A stretch of 61,741 bases of DNA, the filler included, from Basidiobolus ranarum (Eukaryota), in assembly GCA_040143965.1 (NCBI GenBank). It is 13 parts of 13 records of this genome, joined end to end, with 100 filler letters (N's around TTAATTAATTAA, not from the genome) between each part and the next. Parts side by side here need not be neighbours in the genome. Positions count along the whole stretch, not along the records: positions 23,841 to 28,500 come from JASJQH010001875.1; positions 28,601 to 33,259 come from JASJQH010001876.1; positions 33,360 to 38,016 come from JASJQH010001877.1; positions 38,117 to 42,764 come from JASJQH010001878.1; 9 more parts are not named here. One strand, written 5' to 3'. How positions within the stretch are numbered: the stretch's first letter is position 1; each line of letters opens with the position of its first letter. Below the pieces are notes generated by a model, which saw only the letters and a list, made by a program, of their open reading frames with translations, ran no database searches and was not told the origin of the DNA. Below are positions 26,857 to 38,589 of the stretch, in pieces. Both the position numbers and the translations under genes were made by a program.

Positions 26857-27611
26857 CAAGTTACCCAATTTAGTGCTGTCAAATAAAGATTTTGGCAACT
26901 GACAAAGCAAGTTCATCCTCTAGTTTGTGACATACCAAAAATTGAGTGCATAACAACAAACAAGTTACAGTGTAACTTACCATATCAAATGTACAACCAA
27001 GACATTTGCATGCTTTTGGGCCAATCATTTGTCTCTCACTCACACAATATCCTGATCTTTAATTGGACCCACTGGCTCCCACATTATGAAATGCCAGTAG
27101 TTTTGGCACACTGGTGACAAATCACAGCACTTGATAATTGATTGATCTTCAGTACAATTGTAATGATCAGGATTGCATAATTCAGCATTCTTTGATCAGC
27201 AAATTATTCATTCCAGCATATAAACTTCTAATTGGATGAGAATGTGAATGGATTGAGCCATATTGAGGCAAAATGGCTGCACAAACTTCTTATTGACAGA
27301 CATTTTGCATATGATTGAAGCAAAATTGCTTATATTAACAGGCTATCATTGATTTTTTTGATATATGACAATTTCAAACTGGCTCTGTCTCATTAAGACA
27401 TAAGCAATCATGATATAACTAAAGCAATTAATGCTATAGACTTGTTACATTAGGCCAGGTCATAATGTGCTGCTCAATCCAGCCTGCTAACAAACCATCT
27501 GAACAATCTGTCAATTACAATGGCTGGGTCCTATAACACTCAATTGGACACTAAAGGAAACAATATGGCACTATCACACCATCATCTGATATGATGATAT
27601 TTAGAGATATC

Positions 27612-28141
27612 TGTCACAATAAGGAACCGGACAAGGACTGGAAACAATGACAAGAGGCTAGAAGGCAGTAGAGTACTTGGGTGTAGACCACAAGACAAGA
27701 AAAGACTGGACAGGGAAGATACTTTGGCAAGAATCTTTATTGATAACTGGCATTGATCAGACTGAGGTGTGATCAAGGAATATATGGGGCTTATATAGAT
27801 ATTGCAAGGTGAAACATAATATACCAAAAAAGGAAAATACGGTGGCACGTTTGAGCGGTAGGGAGTTTGGGACTACCAGGACCAATACAAAGAGGGATGA
27901 TGTAAGGATGATCAGGTGGCCTTCGATGGAAGGTCTTGGTAGAAACGCACTATGTGTGGGATGACATGAATGGTTAGGTTTCATGGAATGTTCCAAAGAA
28001 CATAACTTCTACATAAGGTAATCTGTATTGACTGACACCAGATTGCCAAGAACGGATGGTAGAGCTGATATGATGTCATAATCTGATAATAGAAGAGTTC
28101 TATTTGCAGTGGATCAGTATGCCAAGATGAGAATCATGACA
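27612..28141. repeat. LTR-like element of ~530 bp (TGTCA...TGACA); a second partial copy lies at 47612-47721
   Basis: Inverted 5-bp termini; the last 110 nt recur near-identically in another contig and end at the same catgaca. Confidence 0.65.
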
Positions 28142-28600
28142 GAAGTCTGCAAGAAAATATACAATAAGACTCATGAGGATAGAAAGCATGAATTGAGAAA
28201 TAGAAATTTCAATTTTGAGTCTGCAAAGGCAAAATTCCAATTGCATTTTTGCTTGTATGGACCAGAAGCAATTGTTGCAGCCTCAAGTTTAGAGACAAAA
28301 GATGTTCTAAATAGATATCTACCACTACTCAATGAGATTTTGCAGTAACTGTTGATGGAGGTTGCAGAGTTCAAAAAAACATTTCAGGACCCTATAACGA
28401 GAATAATCAACAGAGGTGAAAAGAGAAAAGCAAGACAGTTTATTGAATCAGAAGATATTCTCAAAGGCAAATTGGAGCAGTCTAGACCATTGCAGAGATG
28501 NNNNNNNNNNNNNNNNNNNNNNNNNNNNNNNNNNNNNNNNNNNNTTAATTAATTAANNNNNNNNNNNNNNNNNNNNNNNNNNNNNNNNNNNNNNNNNNNN

Positions 28601-29380
28601 TGGTTCATGATGCCATCAACAAAAACTAATGGGCCATAGCCGCCAGCCCAAAAACAAGACCAAATCATTACACTGCCCCCACCAAACTTGACAGTTCTTA
28701 GGAGGTGACAGCTCTCGTAACGTTCGCCTTCCTTTCTCAAAACTTTTGGCTTGCCATCATTGCCAAACACGCGAAATCTTGATTCATCAGACCAGATTAT
28801 CGCGCTCCATTGTTCGTTGGTCCAGTTGACGTGTTTTTTGGCCCATTCGTATCTTTTTTTTCTGTGTATCAGAGAGCTTAGGCTTGCTTGCAGGAGAGGA
28901 GTATTTGAATCCCAACTGCTTGATCCATTCTTTTACGGTTGAGCGACAAACAGTTTTACCCATCAAGCGGAGTTTGTCTCTAATCATCTCAATTGTCTGA
29001 AAAGGATCTTTTCTGATTATGCGCTCCAAATGGCGCTTTGTATACTTGTCAAAGGTAGACGGTCTACCCGTGCTCTTCCCTGCCAAAGTGGTACCAGTTT
29101 CAGCTATTCTACCAATTGCACTTTGCACAGTTGTGCGCTTCATGTCAATCATGGTTGAAATGTCATGCTGACTGATTCCAAGCTGCTGCAAGTAGAAAAC
29201 CGTGGTCAATTTCGTTTTTTTTACTTCTTGTTCTGATCCTTTAGGATCTTGCAATCTTTTAATGGGAATTTCTACAGTTTTACTCTTATTGTGACCTAAT
29301 AAAATAGCTTGAAGTAGAAGTGAAGAGGAGGAAAATTTGCTTAATTTTTGGAGTTGACGAAACATTATTAACCCCGACCG
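28601..29380 (-). mobile_element. Tc1/mariner transposon, 5' part with a frameshifted transposase
   Basis: HTH region with STGRP, then WSDESRF and TVKFGGGSVMIWSCF after a frameshift in an A-run at ~28855; probable TIR end CGGTCGGGGTTAATAATG next to TA at 29381. Confidence 0.9.
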
Positions 29381-29464
29381 TATACTTTTATAAAGGATAA
29401 ATCGAAGTTAAATTAACCCAACCTTTTTAGATCCTCTAACTGAGCCAACTGAGTCAAAAATCTG

Positions 29465-30000
29465 ATGATTCTTCCAACAAAGTTTGTCTACCCAATGGCA
29501 AACGATAATGTTAAAGTTCACGGAGGATTCTATGAAATTTATTCGGGTATCGAGAATACCGTTCGTTCCGGGCTCAAGGACATTTTGACAACACTAAAGG
29601 ATCAGTCAAACACTTATAAACTAATCATCACTGAGCATTCCTTGGTAAGTTGAGTAAATTTGGAATGGTCAGTAATAATGTTTATTGATATAATAACTGT
29701 AGGGAGCTGCTGTAGCAACATTTTGCGCAATGGATATACAGAGAACATATCTGATTCCAAGCCAGTGGAAGATCCTTCAAGTCTAAGTTGCTAATTATTG
29801 AACGCTCTCAAGTCTACTTGCATACCTATGATCAACCAAGAGCTGGAAACATGGACTTCTCTCAACTGGTGTACAATACATTTGGGCTGGGTACTACTCG
29901 TACAACATTGGCCAGAATCACCAATAAGGGCGACCCAGTGACTAGACTTCCACCTCAAGACATGGGATAGGTGTATTATTACCTGCCTCATCCCACAATA
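29465..30000 (+). pseudogene. Class 3 lipase pseudogene
   Basis: VHGGFY, LIITEHSLG (GHSLG mutated; intron 29645-29702), AAVATFCAMDI, TYDQPRAGN and RITNKGDPVTRLPP; frameshift and stop present, N-terminus missing. Confidence 0.85.
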
Positions 30001-30049
30001 TATAGGACAGCAGGGTTGATTTAATAGTTGATTACCACAATCAGTAACC

Positions 30050-30135
30050 TACTTACCTGGCAGGGGAGCTTACGATCAAATAGGCGAGCTTTTCGTCTTG
30101 GAATTTGTGCAAGGCACAGCGTCTCAGAGTCCTTG
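30050..30135 (+). ncRNA. U1 snRNA-like element (5' end plus stem-loop I; possible Sm site and 3' hairpin); pseudogene or short variant
   Basis: TACTTACCTGGCAGGGGAG matches the canonical U1 5' end. The stem GGGGAGCTTAC/GCGAGCTTTTC closes the loop GATCAAATAG (canonical GATCACGAAG). AATTTGTG lies at 30102-30109. Confidence 0.75.
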
Positions 30136-31179
30136 ACGCGAACACCCTTAGCTTCTTTAGGATCATTATTTTTTAGCACCTTCCTTCTCAATTAAGTGAT
30201 GATGAATGTGATTGGAATCAGAACATGAACAGTCCAAGATTCTGTATTATAAATGAGCTTCCAATCCTTGCAGTTCTCACCCTTGACTTGTTAGCAGTAG
30301 CCATTCTGACTTACACCGGGAGGGACAGCAGGCTAAGTGTACTCTAGGAATGAAATATCAGTATAATTCTAGCTCAGTTAATCGAAGCAAGCATTGTTGA
30401 CACAAAGCTGTAAGCCTGGAAACCTACAAGTGACACAATGTAGAATAAAGAGAACTAAAGACAGTATGGATGGTAGTCATAGGTCAAGAATTAGTAACAC
30501 TAGTTACCAAAGTACTGAATTATTTATTTCTCTGAGTAATGCGTTTGGAGAGAAGAGCACTTTCAAAAGTATGGAAGTACATAATAGGTTAATCGATACT
30601 CATTCTAGGCGTAACAAGGTGTCAGTTACTGAATTATATATATATACCTGCGCGGTCATACTTCATCTCATACTATAAAGAGTGTGAGGTATACAGATAA
30701 CATTCAAAAGTAATGAATGTACTCACCTCAGGTATGGACTCATGCAATTGATTCTTTCACTCTCAAGGTGTCTTTATTACATGATCGGCATTTTCCAACG
30801 GTTAAACAACAGATAGCCTTAATTGCACTAAGCGATAGATTGATAACTACTACAGACATCAGATTTTAACGTGATAAATATCCAACCGTTTACTTGCTTA
30901 CCCATAGGGAAGTAGCCAGACGTTGCTCAAGAGCGTACGTCGATGTATGTAAAACCTCATTGTGACGGAAACCCATGATACAATGATACCTAAGCATTGG
31001 GACATCAACTCAACCCATTTCATATTTTATACCGGGCCTTCTTGATTGATACATGACGCACGTATGATATTTCCGAGGGCGATAGTTAGCAACAGTTGAA
31101 GAGGTGTTGTGGGTCAGTAGTTGTGGTGTTTATTCAGCATAAATAGTTTCTTCATCTGAAAACCAGCTTACAGACATAT

Positions 31180-31530
31180 GCCAGAAATGGTATGGAAAGG
31201 GTGAGATATCTGGGAAGAATCATTCTACGTTTTGGAATGCAATTTGTAGATTTACCGATGATTTATTTGAATTACGATTATTACCCACAGTTTGGGAATT
31301 TGATTAACAGAAGTGTGCATCACTTAGGAAATTGATCATTGTGTGCAACACTTCGATCAACTCCACATTCATAATTGGATGGTGTCAACACTAGTAAAAA
31401 ACTCTCTGCCACTAGTTTGGCCAATCCTCATGTCGCCGGGGTTGCGGTATTGCCTCAAACTGAATTCCAAATCTAAAGATATTTGACCGCTTTGAAAGGT
31501 GTTACACCAAACCTTCTGTCATATAGTAGC
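31180..31530 (+). pseudogene. Subtilisin/proteinase K (S8) pseudogene remnant
   Basis: TLSATSLANPHVAGVAVL at ~31401-31452 resembles the catalytic-Ser motif SGTSMAxPHVAG, followed by TPNLLSY; fragmented. Confidence 0.55.
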
Positions 31531-32390
31531 AGTGTACAAATTCACCTCCGCAAATGTGAAGGAGTTGAGTTTCTAAAAATACAAATACGATCAAGTATAC
31601 TATCAACAGGATCACATGTGTATCCTTTATCCTGATTGTAGGCTATGTAAGGAGTGATCTTGTTGGTTCTAGATTCTATCATGCAAAGATTGCTCTGATA
31701 TACCATCAGAATACTATTCATTGTATTTCTTGCTTTTTCGATTGTTACTTGCCGACTTCGTAATATATTGATATTTCTATGGTAATTACATTTGCTAATG
31801 CTTAAACCAGCAGAGTTGTGGATGGAAATGGAGATGCTGGTAATGGTGGACGTAGTGGAGCTGGTCATATGATTGTGGCAATAGTGGTGCTGATAATGAT
31901 GAAGAGATCAATACTTGAGATGACCCTGAGAGCAATCCAAATAACCGGGAGAAAATAAATCGTCATGGCTGGTACTGTAACAGATGTTTGAGTCGCATTC
32001 ACAGCCCTCTCAGTGGTTAGAGCCGGCTATAAAGTATATGCTTTGCTTGACGAATCAGGAACTTTCAACTGCAGCATGAAGCATATCCCATCGACTATAT
32101 GTGACATTAAATCGTTTTTGAAGTCATAGATTGACCCTTTCTGTTAGTTACTACAATATAGATATAAGAAAAGTATTCGTTTGATATTTAGGTGGCATTC
32201 TGTACAAGATTGAATAAAGGTTGAGAGTTACATGTGTGTTGAAGAGCATTGAAGCACAATCATTTACTATTTTAAATATTCACTAACTTTCATAGAGCCA
32301 GTTTGTTGATCATCGCTTTGCGAGAATGTTCGACTCCTATTTACGCTTTATTTGTGTAAGTGAGTCTATTTATAGATTATCGATTAACTC

Positions 32391-32474
32391 TTAGTGGTTG
32401 CTTGGTATTAGCTTCTTCTTAGTGGTTGCTTGGTATTAGCTTCTTCTTAGTGGTTGATTGGAATTAGCTTCCTC
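32391..32474 (+). repeat. Tandem repeat, 3 x 28 bp
   Basis: ttagtggttgcttggtattagcttcttc occurs twice exactly, plus one diverged copy. Confidence 0.95.
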
Positions 32475-32975
32475 TTACCGCCACCCTACTTGCTTTAAAT
32501 ATTAGTTATCTAGAATGGTTATGGTAGTCGCGCTTATCTATTACAAATAGGAGGGTGAGAAATAGCCATAATTTATTTAGCCTTCAACCTGTGAATAGGA
32601 CTGTTGTGCGACTTTCCTTTCGAATCTCCCTTTTAAGCCCTCATTGTTGTTTCTTTCATTTAAGCCTGAATTTATCTGTGAACGGCGAGCTAACACAGTC
32701 ATTGGAGGAAGCAGAAAGAATCTGATACTTTGATGGTCTGATCCTCTGACGCCCTGATGATCGGATCTACTGATGAATGAACATGACGAGGCAGTGCCCT
32801 TACGTCATGTCTGTTTAAGGGTCAATTATATTTTGTAGTATTCACGATGAATGCCTTAAAGATCTGTCACGTAAATTAGTTTTCCATGCTTACGTAAGTA
32901 CGTCTAGCATAAATATATATTCGCGCCTTCTCCCCCCAAATTACGCAATTTCTCTTCCTTTCCTCATCATCTGCC

Positions 32976-33259
32976 ATGGCTGCACCATCCAAGCCCTCCG
33001 AAGCCATGATCTTCTATGACATTGCTATGCGGCCGCCAGTTGCTTCTACCTGCTCCTCACCGAACCCCTGGAAGGCCCGATTAGCGCTTAACTTTAAAAA
33101 CATTGATTATTCCACCACATGGGTTCCTCTTCCCGACATTACTGAAGTTCGTCGCACTCTCGGTTTAGATGCCTGTCGCCAGTTTGGAGCTGGCACGGAG
33201 GTCTATTCCCTCCCCATTCTTGTTGATACTACTACAAACTCCAAAATCGGGGACTCCTT
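32976..33259 (+). CDS. Glutathione S-transferase N-terminal domain, GSTFuA/etherase-like class; partial, cut by the linker
   Basis: IFYDI...SPNPWKARLALNFK.IDY.TTWV.LPDI...YSLPILVD...IGDSF; TATA-like sequence at ~32914. Confidence 0.85.
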
Positions 33260-34150
33260 NNNNNNNNNNNNNNNNNNNNNNNNNNNNNNNNNNNNNNNNN
33301 NNNTTAATTAATTAANNNNNNNNNNNNNNNNNNNNNNNNNNNNNNNNNNNNNNNNNNNNTTAAGAAATGAGCTCCATTAACCTATCAGCGAAAGATCGTG
33401 GGGTTCATAAATCAACCCCACCAACCCTGATGATCCATACGTAATGTGAACAGTGCTGCAAAAGACTCTTTCATTGGCCGCGTTGCGTGCTGGCTTCAGT
33501 CCTGATATCAACAAAATTATTATATGGAGATTTGGCTTGTTAAGCTTCGAATTTAAATGGGTGCCAGGATTGGCAACAGCATTCACGATATTACTTATTT
33601 ACGTCAAGTAGAAGCATGTCTAGTTATCGATATAAGGGGTGAGTAGTTATGATGCTGATGGCGTTACTGATAACACTGAGCGATATTGTTGTAGAAAGTG
33701 ATGACTGTGGGAGAGCGCACATCACTAATCACAATATAAGAAATCAAGGAGCATTTCTCAGAAACATAGTATTGCTTTCATGGACCTCCATGTAGATCCC
33801 TCGTCAGGGGATCGTAAATAGATTTTTCCACTGCTTTACTTTTCTGATATGCAATCCTCTTCATACTAGATATGTCATACTGGGCCATAGATAAGGGTCA
33901 GGTTCCTGCAGCATAAACAACGGTCGAATTCACAAGGTCGTCTATATTCACTCTGGATGGGCTTGGTTCAGCTCATTGAGGTGTGGAGACAGCATAAATG
34001 GTTGCACATGTAGAATCTGTTGAGCACAGATGGGTTCCCCATTGGAGTCAAGTCAACTGGTTGAAAATTACCTATTCGTTGTTTTATTAAATATTTATTT
34101 CTTATAAATTACTGATTTACTGTATTCATTTCCAATCGAAATTTAGCATT

Positions 34151-35841
34151 TTAAATAGGTTCTATCTGCTCAATGCGGATATGAATGTTTGCCGGATGTA
34201 TCGCGAACTTGAACTTCTCCATTACTGGTTCCTCAGCTGGTGGCGCGTCAATCAAAGAAAGTTGAAAGTTTGTTGTAATCATTGCAAGAAGGACAATCAG
34301 CTCCATCTCTGCTAAATGACGTCCAGGGCACACACGCGGGCCATAACCGAAAGTTAATCCTGTTTGATTCATAACTTTAATTTGACTCTCGGTTTCTCCG
34401 TTCTCGCCTAGCCATTGCCCTGGATTGAACTTGAAGGGCTCCGAGGTGGGCCATGACCTTAACGTTGCAAGACGAGTAAGAAGAAATATTTGGGTTCCTT
34501 GTTTGATAGGAATCCCTTGGATTTCTTGATCCTTTATTGCGCTAAAATGCAAGATCGGCGTGACTGAATGAAGTCGCATTATCTCTTGAATGAATGCATT
34601 AATGAAAGGAAGGCTTTCACTGATGGAGTTAAGAACCTTGTCAATGATATCCAAATCTTGATCCATGTCGACTTTGTTGATGTCTCCAAATGCTTGCTTC
34701 GCTTCCCCACGAATTCTTTCTTGGTAACTGGGGTTCTTTGCAAGCTCGTACAAGGCCCAGCTCATCAATGTGGCGGAGCTTTCTATTGGCAATGGAGATG
34801 TTAATAACAATGTGTGGTACACAAAATATGAGATTTCATAGACGTACCATATCCCGCCAACACAACTGTCAGTAAGTTGGCTTTCATCTGACTAGTGGTG
34901 AGTCGAAGAGTCTTGCGGCTTGTTTCGGTCAGGTCCGCTTCTTCATCAACTTCAAGGGTATTTTTCATAAGAATTTCGAGTAGAGTTCGTGAACTTCCAG
35001 TATCCGTTCCAAGAGATTGGTTGCTTTGGTCAACCAACGTCTGAATTCGTTCATTAAATTCTTCGGTAAATTCTTCAGCAATTCTATCGTCTTTACTTTT
35101 GTATATTTTCCAAATTGGAAACAGTGTCATCGTACGTTCGAAAAAGCGAGAAATAAGCACTTTACTTTTTTCCAATATCTCGGGCGAGAGAAAATTGTTC
35201 TCACCCCAGGAAAAAGAAACGTCACAAATAATGGAGAGAATGGTTGTCTTGATTTCCATCAAAATATTGTCAGTCAAATCATTACCGTTGTACCAATGTC
35301 TCATTGGATACTTGGCTTTGGTCGAAGAGGTGATATCAGAGTGCTGCTGGGCCAATAACACTTTTTGATTCTTAGCAATATCTGACAACTTGGCTTGAAG
35401 TTTCTTCGAGTGATACCATATACCTCTCTTAAACTCACGAACTTGAGTGCGGGAAAACGCTGAAGCAATCCAGCGTCGCGAATGCCGCCACTCTTCGCCT
35501 TCTTGACTAAATACACCATGCATATTCAAATCCGCCGCCACCTGTGCTACACCTGCGCCGCGAGCAAAGCCATCGGGCCGGGATTTTAGAATTTCATGGC
35601 ACATTTGAATATCAGAAATGACCAAGAATGGCTTCCAAAATAGTTGTAAGCAATACATTGATCCATACTTCCAAGCCCAGTTTTCGAAATCTCTTAGTAA
35701 AGATGCAATTCGTAACTGTAGCATATTTCCAAACAACGGGTGTACTTTCGGGCCCGGCAAGTGATTATACGGGTTTTTCTTGGTAATTCTTGCAAGATAG
35801 ACACATAGCAATAGAAATACGAGTAGAAGCGTTGGAAGCAT
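34151..35841 (-). CDS. Cytochrome P450, 2 exons (35841-34848, 34782-34151)
   Basis: N-terminal anchor MLPTLLLVFLLL, LPGP hinge, WxxxR, I-helix AGYESS rebuilt across a GTACGT...TAG intron (34847-34783), EIMR, and heme motif FGYGPRVCPG. Confidence 0.93.
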
Positions 35842-37157
35842 CTTGGCGGTTGAATTTGGCGTTTCGTTGCTTAAGTAGTGATGAGAGCTAGGCGATTCAG
35901 ATATGCGTATTGTACAACCTGACCTCATTCCACGATAGCTTAAAGACTAATTAAATCCATTATTAAGCAGATTGAAGGGGGAGGGAGGTGTAGGGGGTCT
36001 GTCGGACATGTTCTGTTATACTAAAAATAACTAGTTCTTCATGCTTCACTATGTACATTAGATATATTACAGTGAATCCACAAAGCAAATGCTGCTCATT
36101 ACGTGAAACTTCATGCTAGTGTGTGTTTCAGCATAGTTGCATGAAATATCTTGGTTTACTGTCACAAGCGACGAACTAATTGTAACAATAGTAGTAGAAC
36201 TTGCGTCTCGGATCCATGCAGCAAATCGTGAAACAGCATTGAGATGTCTACGATTTGATTTGATGAACATACGCCTTAAACAAATACTATCAATAAAAAC
36301 TCGTTGCATGAAGAAAATTATTTTTTATATAGTGGCAGCATATTTTCACTCTTTTAAATAGATGTCTAACTAGAGAAGTATATCTATTTTGCTTCACACC
36401 CGACTCACAGACGGACATAGAGTGCAAGCTTTGCATATCTGTCAAGAAATACTTTAGCGCATTATTCCTACAATATAGTTTTGAATATTACGCTTCCTTA
36501 TTTAAAGTTGATCAGGTTTAGGGGATGCTTCCCAGCTATTGGCATGTGATTTACATTATGAATTCAGTTATTAACTCGGAAATGGCCTTTTGCGGATTTA
36601 CTAATGTGTTCGAAGGATAAGTGGAATAAATGGTTGGGTTTACTGAACCGATGAAATAAAGCAGCACAGGACAGTAGAACTGTGCAGTAAGGATAGGGAA
36701 AATTCTTGGTGCAGAGTTGGGCTACTATATATCTTGGGATCAGTATGGCATTTTTATATTATAGTAATGTTACGAGTTTATAGCAGAGTTTACGAGTGAT
36801 TTATCTTTTGATCTATGCATATTTAAAAATCGAGCATATAATGAGCTATAACCTCAGTGAGTTTGTACAAGAACGGATATTTGCAATAATTCTGGTAACT
36901 TTGTTTCTAGTTGCAGTGATATTCAAAATATTATACGTTTTTAATGAGCCTTTGCTGGCATACTTACTATATATATATAAATGCTATATTATAGCCCAGT
37001 AATAAGTAAAAAAAATCAACGACCTGATTTTGTGTCCACAAGAAAAGTGATAAAAAGTCTTTTACTTTACTGAAGTTTGGGTTAGACTTTTAGAGGTTTT
37101 ATTGAGCATTCCAAGTTAATTTAGGAGGAGTAAAAGTACCATTTAGGGACAATGGAA

Positions 37158-37510
37158 AGCACCCAGTAGTGTGGACTTTATTTAGCTTATGTACTAATCT
37201 AAACAAAGTGACAATAAGGCATCAATCTTTATGATATTATAAGATTACTGGATCATATCCATACTGAACTTGATGACCAATGTAATCAAGTTTGGAGGAT
37301 GTAAGTATAGTGTTAAGGGAAAAGGGGGTAGGCAGAAAGGAAGCTACTCAGTACAAACTAAATGGGTTAGGGGGGATGAAAAGCACCTAGTGGTGTGAAC
37401 TTTATTTAGCTTATGTAAAATCCAAACAAACTTACAATCAAGACATCAATCTCTTAAGATATTGCAACAATACTGAATCATATCCATACTTAACTTGATG
37501 GCCAATCTCT
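37158..37510 (+). repeat. Diverged local direct duplication (~125-bp units at 37158 and 37381)
   Basis: aagcacc.agt.gtgtg.actttatttagcttatgta...tcatatccatact.aacttgatg appears twice. Confidence 0.75.
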
Positions 37511-38457
37511 AACAGAAATTTGAGGACTGTTATTGTAGGAAAACCATCACAGTTTTAATCCATTTTGGATTGACCATTTACTTGCCATCATAAAATTGAC
37601 ATGTTAGATTTGATTTTAATCAATTTTTTCAGTTTCTGGAGTAAAATTTCAAGATCTTGCAAAGTAGTTGCACATGATTAACTACAATATTGCAGAACTA
37701 TGGTTCAACACATGTGCAAAAAACATAACTCAACTTCTACACATATACCACTTGAACACAAATTTGTCACCTTTGAAATCCCTAGTTTCTTTGATACATT
37801 CTCCTGAATATTTTTACAGAGTTCTTCATACCCAAGGTTAAGCTCATGTTGTGTCCAAGAGAAAAGTGGATAAAAAATCTTGAACTTTACTGAACCAAAA
37901 AACATTTAAGTGCAGAATCTTAGAACTGTTTAAGCAGGATATATAAGCAGAGCAGATCTAACTAATATATGTCTTGGGAATAGCAGTGGGTTGCTATGTT
38001 ATGGTAGAGAGTAGGTNNNNNNNNNNNNNNNNNNNNNNNNNNNNNNNNNNNNNNNNNNNNTTAATTAATTAANNNNNNNNNNNNNNNNNNNNNNNNNNNN
38101 NNNNNNNNNNNNNNNNATGCAAGATATATAAGCAAGTTGATTAGCATATGGAGCGTAGTATATAAAGTATCTCCATATCCGCTAAGCTTTTGGTTCCAGT
38201 TATTGGTTCCATCATTGCAGATATGATGCATAACTATTTTTATTGCGATGATTGAAAGTTACCCTAAGGTTACCACTAAGGAAGCTTGAGATGTGGTCTA
38301 TCTTCTGAAATTATATACATGAATATCTGAATACTACTGAGAAGAACGGATTATTTCTTACCTGAATGACACATCATTATTAGAGTTGGATATACTTTTA
38401 CTATACCTACTCTTTTGAATCTCTATCTGCTCTAACAATGCTTGATTTGGGTGTAAC

Positions 38458-38549
38458 CTAGGATAGATGGCTAGGATAGATGGCTAGGATAGATGCTGCT
38501 CCATCTGTCAAACATACTGGTGCTCCATCTGTCTGCAAACATACTGGTG
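38458..38549 (+). repeat. Short tandem repeats (3 x 13 bp ctaggatagatgg; 2 x ~24-28 bp tgctccatctgtc..aaacatactgg)
   Basis: Directly visible just downstream of the stop codon of the minus-strand 865-aa ORF. Confidence 0.9.
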
Positions 38550-38589
38550 CATCGTTGTTATCATCTTATTTGGGTTATATTTTCAATCA

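Noticed and set aside
30190-30235. Faint 5.8S rRNA- or snoRNA-like words (gtgatgatgaatgtgattgg)
   Set aside because: No extended similarity or supporting structure.
32391-32474. CRISPR-like array (28-bp repeats)
   Set aside because: The units are contiguous with no spacers, there are no cas genes, and the context is eukaryotic.
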